A stretch of 64,000 nt of DNA from Cenarchaeum sp. (GTDB taxonomy: Archaea > Thermoproteota > Nitrososphaeria > Nitrososphaerales > Nitrosopumilaceae), in contig CBDESU010000001.1 in assembly GCA_965242695.1 (NCBI GenBank), positions 2,112,001-2,176,000 on the forward strand, in the 5' to 3' direction. The translations under genes and the position numbers were made by a program. The notes under the pieces are model-generated. The model was not told the origin of the DNA. It saw only the letters and a program-made list of their open reading frames with translations, and did no database searches. How positions within the stretch are numbered: the first letter of the stretch is position 1; each line of letters starts with the position of its first letter. Positions 9,886 through 19,981 of the stretch are shown piece by piece.

Positions 9886-10350
9886 TTGGCATCGAGGAAC
9901 GTCTACCTCGCATTCGTCCTGCCGGCCGCATTCTCAGCGGCGCTCGGCGCGGCCGTGCTTGGATCCGTCCTGCAGGAGCCGGGCAGGTCGCTCGAGTCCC
10001 TGGGCGTGGGCGGGACCGTGCCGCTCGAGAGCGACCGCATCGCGATCCTCGGCCTCGGCCCCGCGTACGGCGTCTCCGAGACGATCGTCGTCCAGGTCGT
10101 CGCCATGGACGACGCGTTCGACTGCGGCGACCTGTACGTGACGATCACGCGGGCAGGCCTGGACGAGCCCATCTTCCAGGACGGGTACTTTGGGCAGTGC
10201 TACGCGCAGAGCGGCGCCCCCCTGCCCGTCGAGGAGGGCAGGTACGCAAAGGCGCTCGACACGCCCGGCACGTACGAGATCACGGCCAGCCTGGTCAACT
10301 CGCGCGCCACCGAGACGGCCGAGGTGCGCGGCGTCTTCACGGTCGGGTAA
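9886..10350 (+). CDS. Hypothetical membrane-anchored protein
   Basis: N-terminal TM helix, coding-like composition, AT-rich box (tagaaata) upstream. Confidence 0.7.
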   Translation: MASRNVYLAFVLPAAFSAALGAAVLGSVLQEPGRSLESLGVGGTVPLESDRIAILGLGPAYGVSETIVVQVVAMDDAFDCGDLYVTITRAGLDEPIFQDGYFGQCYAQSGAPLPVEEGRYAKALDTPGTYEITASLVNSRATETAEVRGVFTVG

Positions 10351-10402
10351 TCAGCTATATAACTAGCAGGGGCCCCGCCACGGGCGGGCGCGGCGGGAAG
10401 TA

Positions 10403-11524
10403 TTGGCAGAGAACGACGGCAAGGACGGCGATGCGGCGGCCCCCGAGGGGGGCGGCATCTCGTCCGAGATTGAGAGCCTCAGGAGGCAGCTCGCCGATGC
10501 CAAGAGAATGCTCAGCGCCGCCAAGGGGGGAGGCGCGCCTAGCGGCGCAGAAAAGGGCGCAGGCGACGCACCCAAGGCGGCCGGCAGGAAGGCCGGCGCG
10601 GGCAGGGCCGCGGCCGGCCCTGCAGGGGCGCAGGGCGGCGGCAGTGCATCTGAGCGGGGAGCGAAGGCGGCGGCCGGCGGGAAGGCTGGCGGGCCGAAGG
10701 GGCGTCCGGCGGGCGCGGGCAGGGCCGCCGAGGGAGCCGCGGCCGGCAAGAAGCCCGAGGGCAAGAAGCCTGGGGCGGGCAGGGCCGCCGAGGGAGCCGC
10801 GGCCGGCAAGAAGCCCGAGGGCAAGAAGCCTGGGGCGGGCAGGGCCGCCGAGGGAGCCGCGGCCGGCAAGAAGCCCGAGGGCAAGAAGCCTGGGGCGGGC
10901 AGGGCCGCCGAGGGAGCCGCGGCCGGCAAGAAGCCCGAGGGCAAGAAAGAAGGGGCCGAAAAAAAGGCAGGAAGGGGCGGCTCAAGGCGGGGCGCGAAGA
11001 AGCAGGAAGGGGCCGGCAAGGCCAAGGGCAAGGCCAAGGGCGAGGATGCCAAGGGAGGCAAGGCCAAGGACGAAAGCCCAAAGGACCGCACGCTCGAAGA
11101 GGAGATGGAGGCGCAGCTGAGCGAGGAGGAAATACGCAACTTTATGCTCGAAAAGCACGACATGAGCAAGCTGACGAGCAAGGTGTGCGAGATGCTCTAC
11201 GAGAGCGAGGGCGCCGGGATGGTGCAGAACGTGCTGTGGAAGAAGCTAAAGCTCTCCGGCAAGGACGGCGCAAGGCTCGCGCTGAAGCTCGAGCGCAGGG
11301 GGATAATCGACAGGGAAAAGATCGTCGAGAAGGGGAGGTGGACGTACCGCCTCATACTCAGAAAGTCGCCGGTGAGCACCGAGTCGATCGAGAACTCGCC
11401 GTGCCTGACGTGCCCCGTCGAGGCGAGGTGCGCCGTCGACGCCGAGGTCAGCCCGCTCACGTGCACCCTCATCGAGTCGTGGGTGATGGGGCCGGCGGCA
11501 AAGGGGCGTTCCGGTCGAAGATGA
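10403..11524 (+). CDS. Winged-helix plus Cys-cluster transcription factor (TFE-beta / RNAP III C34-like) with repetitive N-terminal extension
   Basis: wHTH-like QNVLWKKLKLSGKDGARLALKLERRGII; C-terminal PCLTCPVEARC...SPLTC cluster. Confidence 0.8.
   Translation: MAENDGKDGDAAAPEGGGISSEIESLRRQLADAKRMLSAAKGGGAPSGAEKGAGDAPKAAGRKAGAGRAAAGPAGAQGGGSASERGAKAAAGGKAGGPKGRPAGAGRAAEGAAAGKKPEGKKPGAGRAAEGAAAGKKPEGKKPGAGRAAEGAAAGKKPEGKKPGAGRAAEGAAAGKKPEGKKEGAEKKAGRGGSRRGAKKQEGAGKAKGKAKGEDAKGGKAKDESPKDRTLEEEMEAQLSEEEIRNFMLEKHDMSKLTSKVCEMLYESEGAGMVQNVLWKKLKLSGKDGARLALKLERRGIIDREKIVEKGRWTYRLILRKSPVSTESIENSPCLTCPVEARCAVDAEVSPLTCTLIESWVMGPAAKGRSGRR
10714..10947 (+). repeat. 60-bp coding tandem repeat, about 4 copies (AGRAAEGAAAGKKPEGKKPG)
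   Basis: Identical consecutive 60-nt lines at 10741-10920. Confidence 0.95.
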
Positions 11525-12114
11525 GGCTCGCCGACGCGCGCAGGGACCACTACCGCAGGCTCGCAAGGGAGCAGGGGATGCGGAGCAGGGCGGCGTACAA
11601 GCTAAAGGAGCTCAACAAGTCGTACAGGATCATCGGCGCCGGCTTCTACGTCGCCGACATCGGGTGCGCCCCGGGCGGGTGGACGCAGGTGGCGGCCAGG
11701 CTGGCGGGCAACAGGGGCAGGGTCGTCGGCATCGACACGGCCCACGTCGACGAGATCGACGGGGCCGAGATCGTCAGGGCCGACATAGAGGACGCGTCCG
11801 TCGCGGGGATCATACTCGACAGGCTCGGCCGCAGGGCCAACGCCGTCATATCCGACCTGTCGCCGAACGTGACGGGCAACTGGACGGTCGACCACGCGCG
11901 GCAGATATCGCTCAACTACTCGGCGGCCGGCGTCATGGAGCGCGTGCTCGGCGCAAAGGGCAACGCCGTCTTCAAGGTGTTCGACGGCGAGTACACCGCC
12001 GAGTTCAGGGAGTACATGGGCGGGCTGTTCTCGCGCGTAAAGGCCACAAAGCCGCAGGCGAGCCGCAAGCAGAGCAGCGAGCTGTACCTGGTGTGCCTCG
12101 GGTACAGGGGATAG
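11521..12114 (+). CDS. rlmE: 23S rRNA Um2552 methyltransferase RlmE/FtsJ
   Basis: RSRAAYKL, DIGCAPGGW, SDLSP, FKVF and ASRKQSSELY motifs. Confidence 0.93.
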   Translation: MRLADARRDHYRRLAREQGMRSRAAYKLKELNKSYRIIGAGFYVADIGCAPGGWTQVAARLAGNRGRVVGIDTAHVDEIDGAEIVRADIEDASVAGIILDRLGRRANAVISDLSPNVTGNWTVDHARQISLNYSAAGVMERVLGAKGNAVFKVFDGEYTAEFREYMGGLFSRVKATKPQASRKQSSELYLVCLGYRG

Positions 12115-12137
12115 GGCGGGCTGGCGTGAGGGCGAGG

Positions 12138-13394
12138 CTACCGCGCCGCGCCCCGCAGGGCGTCGGCGATGGCCGGGGGCGGCGCATCGGTGCGAAAGCC
12201 GGTCGGGCAGAGCGACGTCGGCGAGGCGGCATAGCCTGCGGAGCGCAGCGATGCGACCATGCGGTCTAGGCGGGGAGGGTGCGTGCCGGCCCGCGAGGCG
12301 GCCTCGTCGAGCGTGTGGTAGGCCGCCGGCATTGCGGCCTCGGCGGCGGCGCGCTCTAGCAGGGGGACGCACTCGCGGCCGACCGGCAGGGATGCGGCGC
12401 GGGCCGCCGCCAGCCGGGCGAACTGCGCATCAAAGAGGGGGCCGGCCCAGAGGGGGCCGGCCGAGTCGGGGGCAGGGGCGGCGCACTCGGGGCACTCGGG
12501 GAGCTGCGCCGGAGCGTCCGGCGCGGGCGCCTTTCCCCGGCGGCCCCCGCGGCCCCGCGGCCCGTTTGCGGCCGCCGCCGCCGCGCGCCAGCCGCACCCT
12601 CTGCACAGGTGCAGGCGGCCGAGCATCCCCGTCTGGTCTGCACGGCCGGCGATGCGCGCGTACGCGCGGTAGTAGTGCTGGTCGCTTTGGACGAGCAGCG
12701 GCTCCACCGACAGGTCGAAGCGGCCGGCTATCGAGCACAGGCAGCCGAGCATGAGGCGCAGCGACATCTCGTCGCCGAATCCCGACCGGCGCATGGGCGC
12801 GCCGCCGTACCTCCGCACGCAGGCTGCCGGAAACACGCCGTTGAGCACCTGGAGGTCGGTCGCCGTCATCGACAGCATGCCGCCGCGCGAGACCGCGCGC
12901 AGGCAGCAGTCGAGGTAGGGCGCCGGCGAACCGAACGGATCGATGTCCACGATGTCGGCCCGGCGGCGGGCGCGGCCGTCGTCGCCGTCGCCGTCGCCGT
13001 CGCATCCCCACTGCCGCGACAGCAGAAAGGCGCACGCCTCGCGGCGCGACATCTCGACGTTGGCAAGGCCGTTGGCCGCCGCCGACCGGGCCGCCAGTCC
13101 GAGCGCGGCGGCGTTGAGGTCGTTGAGGACGACGAGGCCCACATCGGACTCGTTGGCCGCGCGCAGGCCGCGCGCGCCGAGGCCGGAGAGCGCCTCCAGC
13201 ATGACGGCGGGCCGGCCGAGGCCGGCGGCGAATGCAGAGTACGCCGCCACGGATACGTCCCTGCTGAGGCGCGCCCGCGGGTTGAAGAATGCCGGCTCGC
13301 GCGGAGGGACGCGTTCGGACAGGGAGGCGGCGGGCACGAGCAGGCGCGTCGATCCCTCGAGCGTCTCGGCGATTTCGGGAGGTGTGCTGTCCAT
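12138..13394 (-). CDS. trm1: tRNA (guanine26-N2)-dimethyltransferase Trm1
   Basis: FFNP..RLSRD, EALSGLGARGLR, DIDPFGSP, TATD and GPLWAGPL motifs. Confidence 0.92.
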   Translation of the reverse strand: MDSTPPEIAETLEGSTRLLVPAASLSERVPPREPAFFNPRARLSRDVSVAAYSAFAAGLGRPAVMLEALSGLGARGLRAANESDVGLVVLNDLNAAALGLAARSAAANGLANVEMSRREACAFLLSRQWGCDGDGDGDDGRARRRADIVDIDPFGSPAPYLDCCLRAVSRGGMLSMTATDLQVLNGVFPAACVRRYGGAPMRRSGFGDEMSLRLMLGCLCSIAGRFDLSVEPLLVQSDQHYYRAYARIAGRADQTGMLGRLHLCRGCGWRAAAAAANGPRGRGGRRGKAPAPDAPAQLPECPECAAPAPDSAGPLWAGPLFDAQFARLAAARAASLPVGRECVPLLERAAAEAAMPAAYHTLDEAASRAGTHPPRLDRMVASLRSAGYAASPTSLCPTGFRTDAPPPAIADALRGAAR

Positions 13395-13616
13395 CGGCGT
13401 GCACAGCCGGCCCGCGCGCCCTATATTGGTTGGGAGGCCCGCGCCGTGCCCGGCCGGCCGATGCGCGATGCCGCCCCGGCGGCGGGCGGCCGCGATGCGC
13501 ATGGTTTATGCGGGCTTACGGCCGGCGCGTCGGAGCAGGTAGGGATGGCCCGTCGGGGAGGCATCGAAGGCAGCGGACCGGTGGGCGGACATCGGGCGGC
13601 GGCACCGCCTGCAGCC

Positions 13617-13872
13617 TTGAGATACGAGGCAATTTTTGGAAGGTATGCGCGCAGGGGCATCAGGGATGCTCGTCCCGAAATGTGCGGCCGCATAATTGAA
13701 AGGATGGAGTTTTCATGCAGGACCTCCACCTAGGGGTAAAAATGGCCGGCTGCGGCGATCTTTACAAGAACAAAGTGGGGCCGTATAGAATCGTCTATAG
13801 TATAAGGGACGACATGCGTAGGATATCCATCGTCGAATAGGCCCGCGCAAGGACGTCTACAAGGTTATCTGA
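13617..13872 (+). pseudogene. Frameshifted RelE/ParE-family toxin
   Basis: Pieces in different frames: YEAIFGRYARRGIRD, KMAGCGDLYKNKVGPYRIVYSIRDD and IGPRKDVYK; lower GC. Confidence 0.7.
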
Positions 13873-14034
13873 CGCCACCCGACCATGCGCACTCGATCAC
13901 CCCGGGGGATCCTTCTCTCTCCTCCCCTCATTCTAGGGCATCCTTTCGGCCCTCCGCCCGACGCCCCATGGAGGGCATGCCGCGCCAGCAAGCCAGCCAG
14001 TCCCGCCCCCTCTCAACCTGCCGGCAGATGCAAC

Positions 14035-14418
14035 GGCTAAGCCGGGATGCCAGGCGCGTTTTGATCAAGCCGCTTTCGTCCGGGCCCTACCGCCCGTGGC
14101 CCGGAAATTGGGATCGCCCTGTAGTGTTTGCTCCGCCATGCGGTCCGTCGTCCCAGAACGGCAACCCGCTCCTGCAGGAGCGGGCCGGAATTGTGAAGCT
14201 GCGGCCGTGTGCATCCCAAGGCGTGCGCGCATGCCGCCCCAGCGTCAAGTATATTGGCGGCACGTGTGCCGGCTTCAGACATGGGCGAAGACAGGATGTA
14301 CAAGAGGGTAAGCAACAGGGGGCCGCCCGGCAGCAGGCCGTACATGGCCGGCGGATGGGGCCGCGAAAGGCCCGTAAAATCCAGGCCGCCGCGGAAGCGC
14401 GACTGACCGCCTTTATTG
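14035..14418 (+). repeat. ~390-bp imperfect direct repeat, copy 1
   Basis: Aligns with 14568-14969; the 3' half is near-identical. Confidence 0.85.
14281..14406 (+). CDS. 41-aa basic micro-protein (copy 1)
   Basis: AAGTATATT ~30 nt upstream; MGEDRMYKRVSNRGPPGSRPYMAGGWGRERPVKSRPPRKRD; frame preserved in the paralog. Confidence 0.5.
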   Translation: MGEDRMYKRVSNRGPPGSRPYMAGGWGRERPVKSRPPRKRD

Positions 14419-14567
14419 CCCGCGCAAGGACTCTGCAAGGGCATCTGGCCTCTTACAAGACGCATGCGCGCTCCACACCCTGCAGGTCCTCCACGGTAGC
14501 CTTCCGACTCTTGCCCTGCATGGCCATGGCGGCCTACCGCGGCAGCGCCTCTTGTTGGCAACGGTGC

Positions 14568-14969
14568 GGCTAAGCCGAGATGTCAAGAACATCCAGATCA
14601 GGCAGACTCCGCGCCACCCCCTGCCGCATGCGGCCCGGAAATTTAGATCGTCGGGCTGTGTTCGCTCTGCCACGCAGTACGTCGCCCCGGAACGGCGGCC
14701 TACAGCCCGCTCCTGCGGGGCGACAGGAATCCACAAATTGCGGCCGCGGGCAGCCCAAGGCGTGCGCGCTGCGCGCATGCCGCCCCAACGTCAAGTATAT
14801 TAGCGGCACATGTGCCGGTTTTAGACATGAGTGAAGACAACGTGCGCAAGAGAGTAAGCAGGGATGGAGGGCCGCCCGGCAGCAGGCCGTACATGGCCGG
14901 CGGATGGGGCCGCGAAAGGCCCGTAAAATCCAGGCCGCCGCAAAAGCGTGACTGACCGTCTTTTTTTGT
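14568..14969 (+). repeat. ~390-bp imperfect direct repeat, copy 2
   Basis: Paralog of 14035-14418; ends in a T-tract. Confidence 0.85.
14827..14955 (+). CDS. 42-aa basic micro-protein (copy 2)
   Basis: MSEDNVRKRVSRDGGPPGSRPYMAGGWGRERPVKSRPPQKRD; same TATA spacing as copy 1; T7 tract after the stop. Confidence 0.5.
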   Translation: MSEDNVRKRVSRDGGPPGSRPYMAGGWGRERPVKSRPPQKRD

Positions 14970-15349
14970 CCACGCGGCGCAGCCGCGCGGCTCATCCCAT
15001 CGCGTCGGTTGCGTCACACGCAAATGGTGTTCCCGCGGGGTGCATATAAGGCTCGATCACAAGCGCGCTTTGCACAATGACATGCATACACCGCATGCTA
15101 TCGAGACAGAGGTATGCCTAGACATCACCGCGGCGCGGCCACAGCACAGGGCTTGACTGTGTTCGTGTTGTTTTCCTAGCACAAGGACAACTAATTCGCA
15201 GGGACATGTGGCGGTCGTGGGTAGCTCTCTAGATCGAAGTCAACTAGTGTTTGCCTTTGACAATTGAAACTACCCGGAGCCGCCGCCGTACGGAGCCGCG
15301 CGACCGCGCGCCGGCTAGGATACTGCCGCAAAAGTTACGCCGTGCTTCA

Positions 15350-16012
15350 TCACTTGTCACGATCGATCGGCCATCGGCCCGTTTTTGCACCGGCTGGCAT
15401 CGGATGCTTCTCTTCAAGCATGGACATGGCGATAGGAATGGCGTCTAGAAGTTCACGCTCTGAATTCTCCAACGTCTGGTAGAGTTGTTCTGCAAGAGAA
15501 AAATCTTCACCGGACTCTTCCATTTTGCGTATCTTTATAAGAATTATGTTGTGATCTTTTATCTCTTGAAATACATCTTGTACGTACTGCTGGTGTTCAA
15601 TTTCCAAAAAAGTTATTTCACCAGAGTTGACCAGACTATCGTAGATATCGTGGTTGAACACCCTGTTTGTGAAGTGGACCGTCTTGCCCCGCACATCTAC
15701 AGCCCGCAGATTCGAATGCTTGTTCGGATCGAGGCCGTTGAGGGCATCGGCTAGCTCCGCATATAGGCTTACCGATGCCCTCCGGCCCTTCATCGTGTCC
15801 GAGTGCAGGCGCTTTGCAAAGTACACCACGGGTGCTAGCGTGAGCGTGAACACGGTCACCACCGCTGCCAGCCTCTCGATGGTGACGCACGCAAGGGACG
15901 AAGAATCCGGGCAGTCCCAAAAGGCGACCAGCGAAGCCAGCACGACGGCCGCTGTGGCACCTGCCACAAGGTACACTGTGCGCGGGGCCATTGCCGCGTT
16001 TACGCCCACCAT
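15350..16012 (-). CDS. Hypothetical protein with two N-terminal TM helices; low-GC C-terminal half
   Basis: 220-aa ORF; TATA-like tataaataa at ~16034-16042 on the minus strand. Confidence 0.75.
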   Translation of the reverse strand: MVGVNAAMAPRTVYLVAGATAAVVLASLVAFWDCPDSSSLACVTIERLAAVVTVFTLTLAPVVYFAKRLHSDTMKGRRASVSLYAELADALNGLDPNKHSNLRAVDVRGKTVHFTNRVFNHDIYDSLVNSGEITFLEIEHQQYVQDVFQEIKDHNIILIKIRKMEESGEDFSLAEQLYQTLENSERELLDAIPIAMSMLEEKHPMPAGAKTGRWPIDRDK

Positions 16013-16279
16013 GCCGCGCCACGCCTAGATAGGTTATTTATAGTCTAACCACCTGTTTCAAGGGTACGGGGCGTAGACGCCCAGTAGTCAGGGACGGACA
16101 CCCTCGGCATCATCGGCATCCGGCGGGGCAGGGGGCGCGCAGGGCTGGGCCGCCCCGCCCCACGCGCGGTCTGATGCCCGGCCCTCCCACGGCATGCGGG
16201 GCGCCACTCCAAAGCGCAGGGATCCCGCGGCGAGGCGCCCTGCCATGCTGTTTAATAGGCCGCACCCGGCGGTCGCCCG

Positions 16280-16987
16280 GTGATCGTCTGCGGCGTCGAC
16301 GATGCCGGGCGCGGCTCAATGATCGGCCCCCTAGTCATCGCTGGGGTGGCCGTCAAGCGCGGCGGCATCGGGAGGCTCAGGGAGATCGGCGTGCGGGACT
16401 CGAAGGCGCTCACCCCGGCGCGCAGGGAAGAGCTGTACGGGCAGATAACAGAGGCGGCCGAGTGCTGGCACGCCTCGAGGATCGGCCCGTCCACCATAGA
16501 CAGGAGCGTCGCCAGGCACCGCCTCAACGCCCTAGAGGCCACCTACATGGCCAGGGTCATCTCTAGGCTCGGCGCCGGCACGGCGTACATCGACTCGTGC
16601 GACGTCAATGCCGGGCGGTTCGGCAGGACGGTCTCGTCGATGGTGCGCAGCGGCGGCGGAGGCGTAGGCTGCACCGTGCACTCGCACCACAAGGCAGACT
16701 CGCGGTTCGCGGTCGTCGCCGCCGCCTCGATAGTCGCAAAGGTCGTGCGCGACCGCGAGGTCGCAAGGATAGCGAAGAGGCACGGCGGGCGGGACGCGGT
16801 CGGCAGCGGGTACCCGTCCGACGAGCGCACGGTCAGGTTCGTCGGAAAGTGGATAGCCGAGAGCGGCGGGACCGCCCCGCCGTTTGCAAGGTCGAGCTGG
16901 AGGCCGGTCAGGGCCATGCTCATGGACGCCATGTGGGACGAGTGGTCGGGAAGGGAAGAGGCGGCCGGCCCCGCGGGGCGCGCCTAG
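16280..16987 (+). CDS. rnhB: Ribonuclease HII
   Basis: GVDDAGRG, RDSK, KAD...VAAASIVAKVVRD and GSGYPSD motifs. Confidence 0.95.
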   Translation: MIVCGVDDAGRGSMIGPLVIAGVAVKRGGIGRLREIGVRDSKALTPARREELYGQITEAAECWHASRIGPSTIDRSVARHRLNALEATYMARVISRLGAGTAYIDSCDVNAGRFGRTVSSMVRSGGGGVGCTVHSHHKADSRFAVVAAASIVAKVVRDREVARIAKRHGGRDAVGSGYPSDERTVRFVGKWIAESGGTAPPFARSSWRPVRAMLMDAMWDEWSGREEAAGPAGRA

Positions 16988-17712
16988 GCCATCGAGGCCG
17001 CCACCATGGCGTGGTCCTTGTCGTACGGCGACAGGCCGACGCTCTCGGCTACCTCGAACCGGCCGGCGCGCAGCCTCTCGATCTCGCCTTCGATTACGCT
17101 AGCCGGCGAGCGCACGACGTCGATGCTCCTCGTCTTGACGACCATGAGCAGGCTGCCGCCGGCGCGCAGGTGCGCCCTGCAGTTGGACATGGCTATTGCG
17201 GTCTGGTCGGGCTGCGCAATGTCCGAGTAGACCGCATCGGCCTTGCCGAACACCGATGCGTATTCCGCCGGCCGGCGCGCATCGCAGACGACGGGCACGA
17301 CGTTGGGGCGCCGCGATGCGACCCTGTCGAGAAAGTCGCGGGCGACCCTGCTCGCGTGCTCTACGCCGAACACGACGCCGTCGGGGCCGACTATATCCGA
17401 GACGTGGCTTACGGTCGTCCCCGTCGAGGCGCCGAGGTACAGCACGCGCGAGCCGCGCTCGAGGGGAAACGCCCGCATGCCGCAGAGGATCGCCGCTGCC
17501 AGCTTGCTGCGGAACGGATCCCACAGGCGGTACTCGGAGCCGCCGCGCGCGATCAGCCTCTCCCTGTAGACCGAGCTGCCCGGCACCAGGTTCTCGGTCG
17601 CCAGCCGGTCGGCGCCCTCGTGCCGCACAAGGTACACGCCGCTGCGGCCGCCGGCCCTCGGGGGCGCGCCGCGGCCGCGGTCCCGCAGGGGGCGCTCGGC
17701 GGGCGCCCTCAC
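16984..17712 (-). CDS. flpA: Fibrillarin-like rRNA/tRNA 2'-O-methyltransferase
   Basis: EYRLWDPFRSKLAA, VLYLGASTGTTVSHVSD, DIAQPDQ and PYDKDH motifs. Confidence 0.96.
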   Translation of the reverse strand: MRAPAERPLRDRGRGAPPRAGGRSGVYLVRHEGADRLATENLVPGSSVYRERLIARGGSEYRLWDPFRSKLAAAILCGMRAFPLERGSRVLYLGASTGTTVSHVSDIVGPDGVVFGVEHASRVARDFLDRVASRRPNVVPVVCDARRPAEYASVFGKADAVYSDIAQPDQTAIAMSNCRAHLRAGGSLLMVVKTRSIDVVRSPASVIEGEIERLRAGRFEVAESVGLSPYDKDHAMVAASMA

Positions 17713-17714
17713 GG

Positions 17715-19850
17715 CTAGAACCTCTTGCGGCGCCGGGGCTTGTCCGCGGGCGCATCCCGCCTGGGCCCGCCCCCTGCGCCCTGCCTGCCCCCGGGCCTTG
17801 CCCCGCGGCCGCCCCGCTGGGGCGCCCAGGGCGGCGGGGCGCCCCGGCCCCTCTTCCCCTGCGGCGCGGTGCCGCGGCGCTGCCCCTGCCCGGCAAAGCC
17901 TCTGCGGCCGTAGCCGTCGCTATCCTCGCGGCTTCCGCCGTCGTCGTCCTTGTAGTCGCGTCCCTGGCGGCGTCCGCCGTAGCCGCCCTCGCGTCCGCGG
18001 CCGCCGTAGCCGCCCTCGCGTCCGCGGCCGCCGTAGCCGCCCTCGCGTCCGCGGCCGCCGTAGCCGCCCTCGCGTCCGCGGCCGCCGTAGCCGCCCTCGC
18101 GTCCGCGGCCGCCGGCATTCCTGCCGCCGGCCCCAGCAGTTCGCCGTCCCCCAAACGGCCTGCCAAACGCCCCTGCCCGCTCGCCACGGCCCCTGCCGTC
18201 CCGGCCGCGATCAAAGTCGTCGTCTCTCCTTCCGCGTCCGCGGCCCCGGCGGTCATCGCCGCCGTCGCCCCCGCCGCCGTCGTAGTCGCGCCGGTAGCCG
18301 CCCTCGCGTCCGCGGCCGCGGCCGCGGCGGTCATCGCCGCCGTCGCCCCCGCCGCCGTCGTAGTCGCGCCGGTATCCGCCCTCGCGTCCGCGGCCGCGGC
18401 CGCGGCGGTCATCGCCGCCGTCGCCCCCGCCGCCGTCGTAGTCGCGCCGGTATCCGCCCTCGCGTCCGCGGCCGGCGCCGTACCGGCCCGCTTTCCCGGC
18501 CCCGCCGCCCCGGCCGCGATCAAAGTCGTCGTCGCGCCGCCGCCCCTTCCGCGGCGGCCCCCCCTCCTTTCGGCCGCCGTACTCGCCCCGAGGCCTGCGC
18601 TGCCCGTGCCTCTCCTTGGGCGGAGGGCGCCGCTTTTGCCGCCGCGGCTCGTCGTCCGCGCGATCCCCGCCGTCCCGGCCGCCGCCGTCCCGGCCGCCGT
18701 CCTCCCGGGGCTCGCGCGGCTCGGGCGGCTCGGCGTACTTTCTGCCGATCTCGTCGACCCGCACGTTGAGCTTTTCGAGCAGCGACTCGTTGAGGGTCGG
18801 CTCGTGCAGGTCGACGCGCGCCGCTATCGCCGCCTTTGCGGCCACCGCCCGGGCGACCTTGCCGCGCTGCCACCGCGGGGCGGCGTGCACGAGCGGGTGC
18901 TGGAACAGCAGGCCGTGCTTTGGCGGGCTCGACCCCGCCTTGAGGGACCTGAACAGGGCCTTTTCGGCGCCGAGGAGCTGTATCGTGCTCGCCGGCATCA
19001 TCGCAAGCCGCCTGAGGCTGCCGGCCCTTGCCATTATACGCGCGCCGACGGACGCGCCGAGTATGGCGGCAAGGTTCGGCGCGGCCCTGGCCATCTGCCC
19101 CTCCAGCCTCGCCTCGATGCGCCCGCGCAGCTCGTGCAGGGCGCCGACCTGGCGGGCAAGCCCCTGCACCGCCTCTAGGTCCTCGTCGGTAATGTCGCCG
19201 CCCCGGCTGCCCCCGGCCGCGGCCGCGAGCATCTGCGCCCTCGCATCGTCGAACCCGGCCGCCTCAAAGTCCTTTTCGCCCAGGCCGCCGCGCCGGCCGG
19301 CCAGCACGACCCTTGCGTACCCGGCGACCCCGTCGACGAGGTTGCCGAGCTCGGGAAAGTGCAGGCCGTACCACTCGCGCATGCGCAGGTCTAGGAGGTT
19401 TGCCATCTTGTCGACGTCGTCGAGCGACCGCACGGCCTGTATGATGTGCATGTCGGCGCTGCCCGAGGCCTCGGCGACCTTGGAGGAGGACAGCGCCAGT
19501 GCAAAGTCGCGCAGGCGCGACATCGCATCCGCGTGGTCCGAGGCGAGCCCCGACTCTACGAGCACGGCCGGCTTTGAGGCCTGCACGGCCTCGGCATCGC
19601 CGGCGTCCATCGCGCGGCACTCGATCGAGGCGGCCTCCCTCAGGGCTGCGAGCAGCCCCGCGTCGCTGACGGCCGCCGTCGCGCCGGGCCCCAGCCCCGA
19701 CAGGTACTCGGCCAGGTCGTCCAGGCCGTCTGCCGCGCCCTCCTTGGCCGCCAGGTATCCGGCGGCGGGCTCCTTGAACGGGAACGACCTGGCATGCGAA
19801 GAGCCGTCGTACACCGCTATGCCGAGCTCGGTGAGAATTACCCTGTGCAT
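17715..19850 (-). CDS. nop5: Nop5/Nop56-58 C/D box sRNP protein with long RG/RGG-rich tail
   Basis: [26 protein letters not shown] and [10 protein letters not shown] motifs; directly upstream of fibrillarin. Confidence 0.95.
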   Translation of the reverse strand: MHRVILTELGIAVYDGSSHARSFPFKEPAAGYLAAKEGAADGLDDLAEYLSGLGPGATAAVSDAGLLAALREAASIECRAMDAGDAEAVQASKPAVLVESGLASDHADAMSRLRDFALALSSSKVAEASGSADMHIIQAVRSLDDVDKMANLLDLRMREWYGLHFPELGNLVDGVAGYARVVLAGRRGGLGEKDFEAAGFDDARAQMLAAAAGGSRGGDITDEDLEAVQGLARQVGALHELRGRIEARLEGQMARAAPNLAAILGASVGARIMARAGSLRRLAMMPASTIQLLGAEKALFRSLKAGSSPPKHGLLFQHPLVHAAPRWQRGKVARAVAAKAAIAARVDLHEPTLNESLLEKLNVRVDEIGRKYAEPPEPREPREDGGRDGGGRDGGDRADDEPRRQKRRPPPKERHGQRRPRGEYGGRKEGGPPRKGRRRDDDFDRGRGGGAGKAGRYGAGRGREGGYRRDYDGGGGDGGDDRRGRGRGREGGYRRDYDGGGGDGGDDRRGRGRGREGGYRRDYDGGGGDGGDDRRGRGRGRRDDDFDRGRDGRGRGERAGAFGRPFGGRRTAGAGGRNAGGRGREGGYGGRGREGGYGGRGREGGYGGRGREGGYGGRGREGGYGGRRQGRDYKDDDGGSREDSDGYGRRGFAGQGQRRGTAPQGKRGRGAPPPWAPQRGGRGARPGGRQGAGGGPRRDAPADKPRRRKRF
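17980..18480 (-). repeat. Coding repeats in the Nop5 tail: 27-bp (GRGREGGYG) x5 and 78-bp x3
   Basis: Directly visible periodic units. Confidence 0.9.
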
Positions 19851-19981
19851 GGCAGGGCGCGCGGGGCGGCCGTTAAAAGTCTATGAAGCGAGCGCGCACC
19901 GCGGCGATCCTGGGCGGGGGATGCATGCCTAGGCGCGCCCGCCGCGCAGTATTCTAGGGATGGGAGCCGGGGCGTCTTTTA

